64,000 bases of DNA, from positions 198,464,001 through 198,528,000 of the forward strand of contig NC_058368.1 of the NCBI RefSeq assembly GCF_018350175.1, given 5' to 3'. The stretch is from Felis catus (Eukaryota). Under the pieces are notes generated by a model. The model ran no database searches, had not been told where the DNA came from, and was given only the letters and a program-made list of their open reading frames with translations. Positions 26,901-40,700 of this stretch are shown one piece after another. Within the stretch, counting starts at the first letter, position 1. The number at the start of each line of letters is the position of its first letter. Position numbers and translations under genes: made by a program.

Positions 26901-27945
26901 CCTTATGGAACTGTCTTACTGCTGGTAGAAATTTTTCTGTTGTTTCTTTTGGGTTTTCCTGGATGACAGTATCCTTTCCAATATTATACTTCTGATTTCC
27001 TTTTCTTGTATCATGTCCTTGTCTATTACAAGACCTGAGTTTTTAAAGGAAAAGGGCTTAGTCAAAGAGAGGATTAGTATTTGAGGCAGAGAAAGCATCA
27101 GAAGCACAAAGATACAAAACACCATGGTGGGTGCTGAGAAATACAGGAAATCAGGAATGTTGTAGTGTAAAATAATACAAGGTGAGGTGTAGAAGGAGTG
27201 AAGGGGAACGCATGCTATAAGGAAACCGTGCTGTATGAGGATGGGAGGCGTTTGCAGTGAGGGACATGAAAGGATCAGTCAATGTAAGACAGATCCATTG
27301 AAGGCGGCAAGCCTGAGGGAACTATTGAATGATTCCACGTGAAACATGATTAAGGTAAACAATGTCTGCAGGGAGAGAAAAGGATGAAGAGAATAATACT
27401 TAGTAGATAAAACTGGCAAGCCTTGGTGACACCGAGGCATGAAGATGGAGAATCTGGATGGATAGACAGTGTCTATAAGTGAGATAAAGAGAGCAGAGAG
27501 ATAAGGAGAAATTTGACTTTCAAAATGGCAATCTTGAAGTGTAACTCACTAAACAAATGGGAGGTACTATGGTATCCCAACTTTACTACCTGAGTGGCCT
27601 GATGGGTGTGTTGGTCTCTTGACAAGTGGTAAACTTTGGACCTAAACACAGATTTGTTAATGCTAAAATCAGCAATCATTCCGCTGTGTGTGCTGCTTTC
27701 TAAATAAGCAGAGCGTATGAAAGAACATAATTGAAAACAAGCACAACTGATTAAAATGAGGAGAAAAGCTTCAGGAGAGAATAGTAGAGTAAGTGAGCTA
27801 GATAGACAGACTGGGACCACATAGCAGAATCCAAACAGTTGGGGCTTTGATCCAGTCTGGTGACCCAAATTTAGAGAATACAACAGAAAATAATAGTTTT
27901 TTTTTTAGATTATGCACATTTTAGGTAATCCGCCTCCACCAGCTC

Positions 27946-28430
27946 TGTTGGAAAGGTAATCTACCATGAGCCCTGGACATCCCTGCACATACTTGCTTGG
28001 TATGTCAAGAAACCAAGGCCCTAAGGCCCTGGCCACACTTTATCTAGGCCATTTGTCAGGATGTGTTTGCAGAGAGCAACCTTGAGGCATGAGGTAAGGT
28101 CTCCCTCTGGGACAAAGGGGAGGCTGTTTACTGCTGGCTATAAAACAATGGGTTACCCAAGCTCAGTGTCCTCTGCTGTAATGCAGTTCGCTGCATGTGC
28201 AGGTGGCCATCTGGGCCCTGCTGGATTGCCCCTGTGGGATTTGGTGGAGGTGGGGAACAAGAGGAACCAATGCAAATGTGCTGGTGGTGATGCTGTTTGC
28301 TGTGCCCTGAGTATTAAAGTCTTTTCTCTCTGAAGTATAAGTAGATGTCTTCTGCCAGCATTCATGAAACAGTAACAGGCTAATTTATTAGCTTAGAAAT
28401 AAGATGAAGTCATATCCTAGATCCTGAACA
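27946..28430 (+). mobile_element. Solo LTR (probably ERVL class; family not assigned)
   Basis: TGT...ACA termini, TATAAAA near 28139, ATTAAA near 28313, about 485 bp. Confidence 0.55.
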
Positions 28431-28731
28431 TCTCTGCCCCTGACACTGTTGAGTCACGGTATTCAGTTTGCCCTTATCAGCTTCTGGGAGCCCCGTTAGC
28501 AGCCAAGAGATAGATATATCAAGAAAAACAAGGCCAGGGAGCCCACTGGCCCAGGCCCTTTTGTGCCTGAGTGGGGCCCCCCTGAAGCCTTCTCTCTTCA
28601 TCTTCATTGTTTCTTCATGATATGAGAGGACATCAAAGCTTATGGCACTGTCATTATGAATGTTGTTTTTGTAAGCTGAGAGAGTGAGGCTAGACTGTTC
28701 AGGGCCTTTCTAGAAGCTCTCCACTCGACCA

Positions 28732-29162
28732 TTTTTTTTTTTTAACATTTATTCATTTTTGAGAGACAGAGACAGAGCATGAGTGGGGGAGGGGCAGAGA
28801 GTGAGGGAGACACAGAATCTGAAGCAGGCTCCAGGCTCTGAGCTGTCAGCACAGAGCCCGATGTGGGACTCGAACCCATGGACTGCAAGATCATGACCTG
28901 AGCTGAAGTCGGACACTTAACCAACTGAGCCACACAGGCGTCCCTTTTTTTAATGTTTGTTTATTTTTGACAGAGACAGAGACAGAGTGCAAACAGAGGA
29001 GGGGCAGAAAGGGGGGGGGGGGACACAGAATCTGAAGCAGGCTCCAGACTCTAAGCTGTCAGCACAGAGCCCAACGCAGGGCTTGAACTCACACACCGAA
29101 CCATGAGATCATGACTTGAGGCAAAGTCAGACGCTTAACCGACTGAGCCACCCAGGTGCCCC
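28732..29162 (-). mobile_element. Tandem pair of Can-SINEs
   Basis: Two full reverse SINEs (about 28732-28944 and 28945-29162); shared flanking repeat tcca[c/t]tc[g/a]accattt. Confidence 0.92.
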
Positions 29163-29964
29163 TCCATTCAACCATTTCTATACTCCTGTCTCTCCAGTTT
29201 ACTGACTGTGCTCCCCACCCTGACCTTTTGCCATGCCACCGGCATCAATCAGTAGCCCAGAATCACCACTACTGATAGGAGCAAAGAGAGATCTGAGAGA
29301 GGAAATACAGAATCAACTCAGGAATTCATAGCAATCCGTTAATTGCTCTCTCATTTTTTTTATAACACTTTCTCCATGGTAAGTAATCCTTTGCTTTAGC
29401 CTGAGACCCAAAAGGCCTCCCACAGCCATAGGAGAAAGTGTAAATCAGAAATAAACCAGCTCATACAAAGCTTGGCTTATCATCATCTGGTGGTTCACAA
29501 AACCTCAAGGCTTGAACTTAAGTTACGCTGATCCCAGATAGCCAGCACCACTCAGAAGCAAACATTTCTGAGGATGATTCATAGAAGTCTCAGCTTCAAA
29601 ATATTTCTATGAACTATTTTCAAGTACAACCCCAACATTCAATGATAGCCAGAAATATGAGGAGACAAGACCATGAATAAGAACCAACAGAAGCACTAAA
29701 CAACAGTAGGCAAGGAATCTATGGGTTGGAATCATTAGACACAGCCTGTATGATGATGGTTTCCATATCCTCGCACAGATTTCCATGCTTGGCTGATGTA
29801 ATCTGGAATGGCACATAAACTTTCCCCTAATCAGTCACTTGTTCTCTCCCCTCCAGTCATTCCCATCTTCTCCTAAAACTTCCCCCTTTCGTTCTACCCT
29901 TTCCAGAAGCTTCTCTGTCTCTTTTCCCTCAGACATCTTCTCTTCTGCTTTCTAAGGTACTCAG

Positions 29965-30190
29965 ATTCCCCTGTATTGGTTAATTATGCAGGCTCTGGAG
30001 AAACCCTGTCTGAATTCAAATCCTGGCTCTATAGTTTCTCTAGGGTAAGTTGCTGAACCTTTAAGCCTCCTTTCCACATCTGTCATGTGCACCTACCTCA
30101 GAGGGTTGTTATTAGGATTAAAGTAATTAATACAGGCAAAGTGTTTATAATGGTACATGGCATTGGACAGTGCTCAGTAACTACTAGCTA
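29965..30190 (+). mobile_element. MIR
   Basis: ggctctggag...ttcaaatcctggctct...cctacctcagagggttgtt...gtgctcagtaa. Confidence 0.7.
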
Positions 30191-30929
30191 TGAAACCCAC
30201 AAACCACTAAGCTTTAGTGTTAGGGTTATATAGTCAGGGCACATAACCAGCTACTTCTAGAGGGAGCTTCTCTTCTGGATGTCATTTTATTCTTGGGCTT
30301 CTGTCATGTCAGTCTTCCCACCAACACTGGCCCCAGGCACCTACTGCCTCTCTAGAGCTATGGCACAAGTTTGGACGGAAATCCACCACCCACCCCACTC
30401 ATCATGAATTTCCTTAACACCAGCGCCACATGAGGGGGTCCAAGTGTCTTTTTACTTTACCACAAAAGTGAAAGAAAACACAAGAGAAGGCAAATGAAAC
30501 AAACCCTTCAGCTTGCGAGGTGCAGGTCCCTGTTCCTACCATAACTCTTAAGCCTCCAGCACCCCAGGTTGGGTGCCATTCTCCTGCCTGTCTCAGAGCA
30601 GAGCAACTCCCTCACAGTTTCTGAAGGCAGGGGATGGGAGGTTCTCGTGGGCTTTTCTCCATCACCCTTCACTCTAGCTCTAGAGGCCTCTTAACATGCA
30701 GAAGAAACTATGTGCCTACCATGAGAACCACCATTGCACAACTTGACTGTTCTGTAACTGAGGCTGAAGAATGAGTCTAATTGGATTCTGGCAGGGGAAG
30801 ACGGGTGACAGGACTCTGGTGACTGTCCAGAGGAACAGTGACTTCACCCAGGTGGGCGTTAGCACCTCTGTATGAGGAGATCATCCCCACGTCAGACCAA
30901 ACATTACAAGAGCACCATGCAGGTCCGGA

Positions 30930-31390
30930 ACATGTTTGTCCTCATGTGCCCTCTTGCCAGGCTCCCTGCTTTGCTCTCTATCCTGGGGACTGACCTCTGA
31001 TAGCTGCATTTTTCTGGCTCCCCAGTCAGCTAATGTCCAACGGGGCTTGGCCACTGGATGTGGCAGAGGGAGACTGTTGAGTGGGAAGAAGAGAAAAACC
31101 AGAGTATCTCCCCATCTCTGTTCACCTGCTGCTCCCCCCTACAAGCCCACCATTACCATGGTCTGTGGGTAAAACTGGCCTCTGACTTCTAGCAACACTG
31201 CCTCTTCCTCTTGACCCTCTAGACTTGGAATAGAAATGGCTTCCTAATCTCTGGGTTGCAGCCTTGGTGGTTCAGTGGTAGAATTCTCGCCTGCCTAATC
31301 TCTGGGTTGCCTCACTGGCCCCTGTTTGTCCTCCTCTCCTCCATCATCTGCATTAAATATTGCACGCATTAAATCACCTATTTCAAGTGG
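30930..31390. mobile_element. Old ERVL-type LTR fragment (LTR33-like) hosting the tRNA-half insertion
   Basis: Resembles LTR33-family text (ctaatctctgggttgcctcact...cctgtttg); similar to the 47490-47960 element. Confidence 0.45.
31261..31295 (+). pseudogene. Tailless retrocopy of the 5' half of tRNA-Gly(GCC)
   Basis: GCCTTGGTGGTTCAGTGGTAGAATTCTCGCCTGCC matches nt 1-35 of mammalian tRNA-Gly-GCC (GCATTGG...) with 1 mismatch. Flanked by direct repeat CCTAATCTCTGGGTTGC (31243-31259, 31294-31310). Confidence 0.9.
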
Positions 31391-34030
31391 TCATCATGGT
31401 TTTTGCTTTCCTGGGGAGGACTGGACTGATCAAATATCTTCTCAATAATATAACCATGCCCTTCATATAGGAAAGAGTATACACATATGATAACATGGGC
31501 TAACATTAACCAGACATCCTTCTCTTTACCTGATGCAACAGTGTTGTAAGGGAAGAAGCCAAGCTTCATTTCCTCTCTTCATTGTTTTCAAGCTCACTGT
31601 TAAATTTCCTGGCTTTGTACCACCTCTTTGAACCAGCTGACCAGAACTTCTTTAATTGTGTTACCATTCACAGCACTGTGTTGCCCACGTTCCCCCTTCC
31701 ATCAGTATTTCTTTTACGTACTTGTCATCTTTTTGTCAGGAAGCTTCACGTCTCATGGTTTCAGCTCTTAGGTATATGTATAAAATCTCAGATTCATACC
31801 TCCAGCCTTGAATGTTTTCTAGGCAGGCCCTTGGAAAGAAAGGATGAGAACATGTGTTGCCGTGACCTGCCCATCCGTGGCCCAGCCAAGGCATAAAGGA
31901 TCAAGCTGTTTTTTCATTCTCCCATCTCCTCGTATTCACACAGTGTCCATTCCCCCAAACTGAAACCCTTGAAATCTTTGGACTTCATACAATGAGCAAT
32001 ATAGAATTGTCCTCGAGCAGGAGCATGATAGGATTAATCTTTTCTTTTCGTCTCCACCTCCAAACCTCTGTGCCTGGCTTTTCAAAACCCCCATTTACCA
32101 GCCCCACCTACCTCTAAGCTCAACTTACAGCCTCCAAAATCCCAACCTTCACTCTGATCAGGGTGGTCTCTTCTCTGAGCCCCTTCACAAGGAAGGACCA
32201 CCACAACCCTGTCTCTTGGACTGAGAAATCACAAAGCAGAATGATGTGACAGCATGAAGTCCAGGATCAGACTGCCTGGTTTCAAACCCCTGTTCTAGCT
32301 CTTACAGACCTTGGACAAATTGCCCCTCTCTATGCTTTGGTATCCTCAGCTGGGAGAAATAATACTATCTCTATCATAGGGTTGTTGTAAGGAGTAAGCG
32401 TCCTAACACGTGTACTTAGAACATTCCTGACAGGTCACATGTGATTGGAAAACTAGGTGGCAAGGAACTTCTTTGCCACCTATTCTTTGCCATAGCTTGG
32501 CTGTGTCACCATGTAGTTATCAAGCAGAAATACGACTTTCTGATTTTACCCAATATTTTATGTCTTATTCCAATTGCACAGAAGTACAGACTCCTGTTAA
32601 GTCTGAGAAAAGAACTGCTCTGTTTACAGGATTCTTTTTCCTCCCTCCCGTCATCCAAATTCAGTCCCATCCTCTGAGAACCAGCCTGAGTCCCACTTCT
32701 GTGAAAGTCTCTCCCATTGCTCCAGCCTACTCCAAACTCTCCTTTCTGAAAACATTTGTATGGTAGGTCCACACCATACAAATTAGCAGTGAATTGTTTT
32801 TGTGAGTCAGTATGTTCTGTTGGGGTTTCCAGGGGTCCCCTCAATAAATAGCTCTCTGCTTTTCAAACTGAGTTCTCAATAAATGAAGAACTATATCAAG
32901 AGGTTTGCAGGTAGAGCCCACATTATCACCTTTATTTTTGGCTGAGCTGAATTGTAGGATATACTATTGAGTGATGGTCCAGTGGGCCTCTGACTGCATG
33001 GGGAAATGTATCTTTTCCTCATGTAGTTGCCCCCAAAGCTACTCCACTCCAGGGAAATCAGCCCACCTCTACCACAGACGACAAGCATGTGAGTGCCAGG
33101 GGTATATTTAAGGAAAAGTCCTCCTCCTACAAACCAAGAAGTGGGATAAAACACCCCCTACCACCAATCCCGCAAGGACTTTTGATGCAAACTGTTAAAC
33201 TCTTTGAGGGCAGGACCTATATCTTAAGCCTCTCATGCAGTCTCTGTACTACTGAGAAAGATGTGCACATAACAGCTATTCACTAATAATAAGTTCAGGC
33301 TGTGTTCTAATCACTTTCCATATATGAGCTTAATCAGTCCTTATAACAACCCTACAAAGTAGCTGGTATTAACACTCATGTTTCATAGATGAAGAAACTG
33401 AGGCATAGAGTTCACAGTGTCAATAAGTGGTAAATCTGAAATTTAGACAAGTTGGGCTTCAGAATTCATGCTTTTAATCACTATCTGATACTGCTGTGAT
33501 TGAATTTCAAGGGCAATAGTGTTGGTAGAAATGGGGATTGTGAGAGATCAGAGCTGGTTGGGAACAGCTCTGATAATAGTAAGCTAAGGGAATGATAATA
33601 GCAAGTTAAGGGATGGTGACCGACATCTAATACTTAGAATCACTGGAGAAGGTTCTATGGCACATTTACTTTTTTCTAAACTTTCAGAAATCCTGTGAAA
33701 TAACCAAATTATGTACTACTACATGAACTTGGAAGGAACTCTGTGAATTCATTCCACTGAACTACTGACATAATTTCTTTATGTAATACTTAATCAGGAG
33801 TGCAAAAATGAATCAAAGAGGCTCACACTTGATTGAAAAAGAAATAGTTTCTGGCTCTATGACTTAATTGCTCATATGATTAAACTATAATTTGTATTTT
33901 AATAGACAAGGAGGTTTTTCTTTATTGTGGTACAGGATGATGTGAAAGTTAAAATCCTTTCCAAATATTAATTATATTTCACCTTATAGCTTTACATTGT
34001 ATTTCCATGATCAATTGCAGTCTGAATCCT

Positions 34031-34031
<1 letters not shown>

Positions 34032-34090
<59 letters not shown>

Positions 34091-34100
34091 AAAGAAAGAA
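34032..34100 (+). repeat. (GAAA)n tetranucleotide microsatellite
   Basis: About 15 near-perfect AAAG units. Confidence 0.97.
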
Positions 34101-34134
34101 TAGAAAATAGCCTTCATGTATTTTGCTTGTGTAC

Positions 34135-34148
34135 CACTAGAGGACACT
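34135..34148 (+). promoter_or_regulatory. Candidate CTCF site (forward)
   Basis: CCACTAGAGGACAC resembles the CTCF core with one mismatch in GGC. Confidence 0.4.
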
Positions 34149-37100
34149 ATCTAGTCTTGTATCCCTAAGTGTTTTGCTTTGTTTCCAGTGTGTTTAAGGA
34201 GGCAAGGCGTGAAAGGAACTAACATTCTGTTGCAGGGTTATTATCGTGAAGTCATCTAAAGTAGAAATAAATTTCACATCAAACCTGCTGATATGCTTTA
34301 TTTGATGGTGACCACTGTTCCTTCAGTGCCTACTACAGGCACCATTCTGTGCCAGGTGCTTTAGGTATATTACCTGTGAATTACACAGCATTAGCCTTAT
34401 TTCACAGGTGAGGTGAGGTAATTGGAGATCAGGAAAGTCATATACCTTCCCCATGGTCACACAGTTGCACAACAAGGACTTAATTTAAGCTGTGAACCCA
34501 GACTAGGATTGAATAAAAAAAAGAAAATTTCCATAATGCCAGTAACTGATTTCCTGACCAGAGGCCCAAAGAAGTTATTCCATCTAATAGAGCATTTGGC
34601 AGTTCAGTTTGATGTTGGGACATTATAAGGAGTGTAGGATAAATACCAGCAACAACTCTGAATGTCATTTACAGCTAAATAGAGTCCAACAAAACAGCTA
34701 GCTAGATTGCTTTTTTTAAATTCCACTTAATCTGATTAGTCCCCACCCTGTTTGCTCAAATGTGGTGTAATAATTTAAGGGCCAGATATAACAGATCGTT
34801 TAGTTCATAAAGGAACTATATTTATACCTTAGGCCTGTGGGTGACTGTCATCAACTAATTTTTTTGGGTGATCCTGACATAAGTGTTTATGTCTAGGAAA
34901 GGGGCCATTTTTACATGTAACATCGATGGATCTTGATAGTATTATTTCTGGTATGAAATTGTGCTATTATTCATTTTTCCACAAACATGGCTATATTTAG
35001 CAGTGATTTGCATTAAATTTATCCCATATACTAAATAATGACTCCATAGAAATCGATCAGGCCTGCACTTTATGCTATCAGGGTTAATATCAGTTCCAGT
35101 ATTGTCCTGAATCTTCACCTGTTAATTAAGATCATAATGAGCTTAGAATTATTCATTATAATACCCGTACATTTCCTGGTCTAGGATCTGTTTAATAAGC
35201 AGCTTCTATTATTTTCATATGAGGAAATGGAAAATTTCAGTCCTGATGGTACCAATTATATATAGAAAAAGACATCCAGATTCATCCTGTATGAAACACA
35301 TCCCCAAGATGAAACTACTTAAACCTTAATCTTCAAGGATATGAATAAAGAGCACATACTATCTATCTGTGAGATACAGGACTAAGACTTATGTTTGTTC
35401 TGTAACCTTAGCCTACCAAGCCATTTCTATATTAAGTTTGTTCAATGGAAAGTCATAGAGCTAAAAAAAATCTAGAAAAAAAAAATACAAGGAAACTTGG
35501 AAACTTTATATTAATTTCACATATATTCCAAACACTCATTTCAATTGAGTTAGACATCGGGCAACTTTCAGCAAAGAAATATCTTAGACTTGCATCAGAT
35601 TTTTAATTCCCCTTCTCCTCTGGAATCTTGGAGCAGCTGTCCTCCCCAAATGAGCCAAATGAGTTAATGTAGGTTTGTTTTTTAAATTACCCCCTATTCC
35701 AGTGATAAATAAGCCAGTTAATTCCATTAACTAAAAGCCTCTGAAAGAGAGTGACAGCATCTAAGGATTTTTAAATCTGTCTGTAGAAGCACAGCCTGCC
35801 ATGCAGAGCAGGTCTATCACACTATTGGTGGAAGAAGTAGACTCAGGCACGCACAGGAGACAGACCCAACTATAGTCTGTTTTGTTTCCCAACTTTCCAA
35901 GGCCTTGGGCCTCTCTCTTGGGCCTGAGATTTATCCTTTCTTATTCAAGGCAACAGTTGTCATGTTTGACAGAAGCAAGATCCAGGTCATAGCAGATCAG
36001 GTGACTGGAAGTTCCAGGATCTGTGTCAGGATTTCCCATGAGGTCGTAGGCAAGCTATCCACTAGGGCCATGGTCCTCTGAGGTGCCTGGAGCATCCACT
36101 TCGCTGTTGGTAGAAGGCTTCAGTTTCTCACTACCTAAGCTGTTCCATAAGGTTGTTCATGCCATGGCAATAACTACTGTGTCAAAATCCCCTCTTCCAT
36201 AGAATGGGGACTTCCTTAATGATTTTAGCCCAATGCTGTAACTTTTCAGTCACTCTCAGTTTTTAGAAGAGTTACTGATGGCTGTTAAAACAATGACTTT
36301 CTATCTTCAAGATCCAGTGATTTGTTTCAAACCTCTACTTTCATATGCAGTTAATGGCTGTCTTCTGTCCCACCTCCTGTCCTAATCCCTACAGCAAAAT
36401 GGGGGTGTGGATGTGGTCCAGCTCACACACACCTACCAGTGTTATTCCATCACATACCTTACAGATAATGCCCAGGGAGGAGGGATAAGAAGGGGAGTAG
36501 TGCCCTGTGGGACCCAGCTCATTGTCCTTGTGCTCAGTGTGGACAGATGGAGACTGACAATGTCTCTGACAAGTGATTTGCTCCCAAGAAGCAGCTCAAG
36601 GTACTAGGGGCCCCTTATGAAAGGGATTCATTCTCAATTTCAGGCCCAGCTCCCGAGCTGGCAGCCCGGTGTCCTATTCCTCTGATATGTACCCCTTTTC
36701 ACCCAATACTGTGCTTTCCCAGATAAAACCAGAGCTCTAAATATGATCTACTCACCGCAGCCAACTCCTAGGTCTTCAGGATTATGTATGATCCATCTTC
36801 CAAATCTCTTGGGCTTTGAGTGGGGACAGTCTTGCCCCTGCAGTCCCCCCTCTATGCCATCTCTTCCAATATCCTTATCCTCTACCCTGGTAGCACAGGA
36901 ACTGGATAGTGAGCCTAGCACCCCATAACTATCCAGACAGGGACTGAAACCCCCAAACCTATGAGCAGTCCTGTTGATAGCTCCCTCCCTTGACTTTGAG
37001 GAGGAGAAGGAACCCAGACCCACCCCTGCCCTTGTTTGGGGAATAAACAGTTCTACATGAGTAGTGTACTTCTACAAAAGGCAACAGCCTTCTCCCTTTC

Positions 37101-37611
37101 GACCTCATAGTAGGGTATGAGATGGTGGTGCTGGTTCTGCTTCCTGGTTCCTCTTAGGCCCTGTTAAGGGATAAAAGGCTCAACAGCTGTCTTCTTAGCA
37201 ATTTAGAATGTGGGGTCTTTAGTCCACTTGATCCTCAGCTGTGAGCTTTAGGTCTGTGTTAGTCACCAATACTCAGCAGCTGTTACCCGTGTTTAACATT
37301 AATCATCTTTCCCCCTAGCCGCACTCTGATCCTTCACTGCCTATCTTGGATGGTGATGTTTCCCTGTAGGGTGATCACTTCCCCAGGGATAAGGGACCTG
37401 TTTCAGTATAAAACCATGATACTCCTTGGCAAATGGGAAAGTTTGATCACTCTATCTCCTAATTTCCATGACTCCAACCACAACCTGTGAGTAATTCAAT
37501 TCCTTCTCTATCTTCATTGCTTCTGCTCTGTTAATTAATTATTCTTCCTCTACATCTAACAGCCGTGTATCTATGTGCCCCCTTTTTTCATTCTGCAACT
37601 ATCTAAACTTC

Positions 37612-37745
37612 CGCTAGTGATTCTGAACCTTGGTTTCTCATTGGAATCACCAGGACAATTTAGAAACCTCTGACATCGGGATCCCATCTCCAGAGATTCT
37701 GATTCAAATGGTTTAGGGTTGGCCCTGAAAATTTACCAGCTGATT
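37612..37745. mobile_element. MER5A-like hAT relic
   Basis: agtgattctgaacctt...ggaatcacc...ccagagattctgattca. Confidence 0.6.
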
Positions 37746-40700
37746 ATCATGTCTATTATCCCACGTGAACTACTACCACTGATGATGATCTTCCCAGCTT
37801 AAGTCATCCTCTTCTCATCCGTCCTTCACACTGCAGCCAGAGTTCTCTTTCTAAAACACCAGGCTAATTATGTCACAGCCCTGCTTAAGACTCCCCTGTG
37901 GGCCCCCACTGCCTTGAGGCTAAAGCTCAAACTCCTCAGCAAGACAGAAGGGGAGCAGCGCATGGGAGACACAGCAGGAGAGGCAGGCAGGAGCCCAATC
38001 ATGTAGGACCTCGAACCCTTGGGCTAAACTACTTACACTGCTTCACACCCCCCCATGCTCTATGGCAACACCATCTGTTGTTCATTTAAAAACTACTTAC
38101 TGAGCACCTACTATATGCAAGGCATTAGAGATACACAGGTCATAAAACAATCCTCATCCTTATCCTCCAGAGCTAGTAGACTAGATCATAAAGTGACCAC
38201 AGCCACAGCCCTCAGCCCATGTAGAACTGACCATGCCCTTCTTTGTACCTACCTTGTAACCTGAATATGCTTCTACACTAATATCTGTAACCCTTATTAA
38301 AGCTCTTTGTTCATATGTATGTAACTTTTAAAAAGCCTTTGTGTAAGTGCCTTGAGGTCAATAATTATAGTGCTTCCATTGTTGTATCTGCAACACCGAA
38401 TATAGTGCCCAGTACGTAGCAAATGTTCAATCAGCAGTTTCCCAAATGAAAGCCAGGAAGGATGGTGTAGTCTGACTTCCCACATAACTGTGTTAGAGTC
38501 CTGAATTCCACTTCCTTCATCCGTTAATAATCCCACAGTTCTATGCTTTCCACAAGAATGAATGAATTCTAAAAGAATTAATCATGTATTCAGAATGGTC
38601 TAAGTTAATTTGTCAAACAGGCATTGTGTGTGCCTGGAAGCAGGAATCCTCTCTCACAGGGGAAGTGAAGGGATGACCAACTTATTCTTCATATGGCTCC
38701 TAAAAATAAAATAATACCTCAAGTCATCAGTTAAAATCTTAGCAGAGATTAGCTGCATTTTAGTATGGCCTTCTGCCAGGATACTGGCACAATCGAACAC
38801 AACCTGAAGATAAAAAAGGAACAGTACTTTTAATAGTAGAAAGATGTGGTGAAGCTTGTTTTGGTCAGGAGTTGTAGCCCCTTACTTGTGTAATTAGGAG
38901 GACTAGAAGGAGCCACAGAAAATCTTACGGCTCTGCTAAGCCCCTGGGAATTCCCAGACCCTGCAATCCAGACTGGTGGGACTCAGCCTTGGCAATGCTT
39001 CCCAGGAGCAGGGAGAGCCATGCTGTTGCCCTCTTAGCCTCTCCTCCTGAGTTGTCAGTTACTCTGGAATACACTTCATTATCAGTACCATAGTTTTTAT
39101 TCAATTCAAACTCCTCAGTGCAAAGAGTGTCCTATTTTCTCCAGGAGTAGGGCATAGATTACTCTGGGCTGTATACAAACCTCACAGCCTGTAGCTCTAA
39201 AGACCCAACTGAGTCTCTCACACGATCTCCAAAGTCTCCTTGACTCACATACTTGTCTCTGGTCCTTCGGGTCATCTGAATCTCGCCAATAATTGGTTAA
39301 CACCTTTATATGTTTTATTTGCATTTGCATTTTCTCCCAACACTTGATAATTTAAAAACTGCAGCCACACAGTTGGGTACTACCTAGTGTAGTTACTCCT
39401 CCCCTTAACTTAGTACCAATATGTTCTTTCCCCAGGTTACTGGTTAAGTAGAGAGATCAACTATCCTGGTCGTCCTGGGCCTGAGTGGGTTTTGTACAGA
39501 GAACTGAGACGGTTGGTCATCCTGTACCAGGCGTCTGGCCTGTAAGAGCCAAGGAGTAATTCAGCGACTCTAGGTGAAAAACTGGGAGGGAGTAAATGCT
39601 ACAGAGAAAATGAAAGAAAGGGAAGCAGATGGGCAGAAAGTAAACACAGGGGGGAAATTAAGGCATTTATGGAAGAGGAGAATACAAGAAGAAAAACAAA
39701 GTAAGGTAGAACCCAAGGCAAATGAAACCTCACCGATACAGGAACTAGTTAAAAACATCTGGGAACCACCATAGAGAGAGTAGAGATAGAAACTAAGGAC
39801 AAGCACTGTGCATGCCATGTTGATGAGCAGTGAAGAGAAAGGAAATGAAGAATAAGACTTGTTAAAACATATCTTTCCATACATAGTTATTTCTTTTCTT
39901 TTAGCATGTCCATTCTGGAAAGAACAGTGTACGTCTTTCCCTAGTGTTATATTTAAAACATAGTATTGTGTAACGTTTGAAGAAAATAATAGCAGGACTA
40001 AATCACTTAAAATAATTACCTGCATGGAAGCAGTTCTCCCTTATCCCCTCAAAGAGAGTGTTATCTGCTGGAAAATGACCAGATCAGCCTATATTCAGTC
40101 TAGCTCCTTAGGATATCTATATTGTTAAGTTCACAAACATTAATCAAGTGTCTAGTGATCTGTAGAGTTCCATTTAAAATTCTAAGCAATGTTATCCTGT
40201 TTTCAGTGTTTTACCTCTGTGTGTTGTGTGTGTTGGCTCGAGCACTGTGTGATATTTAGTGTCCTTGGCTCCAGGGCACTAAATGCTGAGAGGCACCCAG
40301 GCATAGGTGGAGAGCCATTTCCAATTTGCCCCATCATAAACATCTCTGGGGACAGCAACCAATTACAGATTCAAGGGCACCTCACCCTCCACCTGACTCA
40401 CAATCTCTATTGGAGAGACCTGGAAATCCATATAAGAGTGTCGGGTGATTTCTTAGAGCCAGACAAATTTAGAAAACAGTGACTAGGCCCTGCATCCCTT
40501 TTCCTTAATTTGTCAATGTGACCCCAACTGCTTTTGGTCAGCCAGAATTTGGTTACAGTCTGGGGACACCTGATAAGTGCCCCCCACTCCCACCTCACCC
40601 CACCCCCCAGTCTCTGCAATGCCAGTGAATAAGAACAAAAGAAATTTGTCACTGAATAAGGTTGACAGGTAAGACAAAGAACTAAGCTCAGTCTCCCATC

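Noticed and set aside
31261..31295. Functional tRNA gene or retroviral primer-binding site
   Set aside because: It has no 3' half or B box, and a PBS is complementary to the tRNA 3' end rather than identical to its 5' half.
36150..37460. Possible degraded retroviral or Gypsy internal sequence
   Set aside because: Only a vague impression; I could not establish a convincing gag/pol motif by eye.
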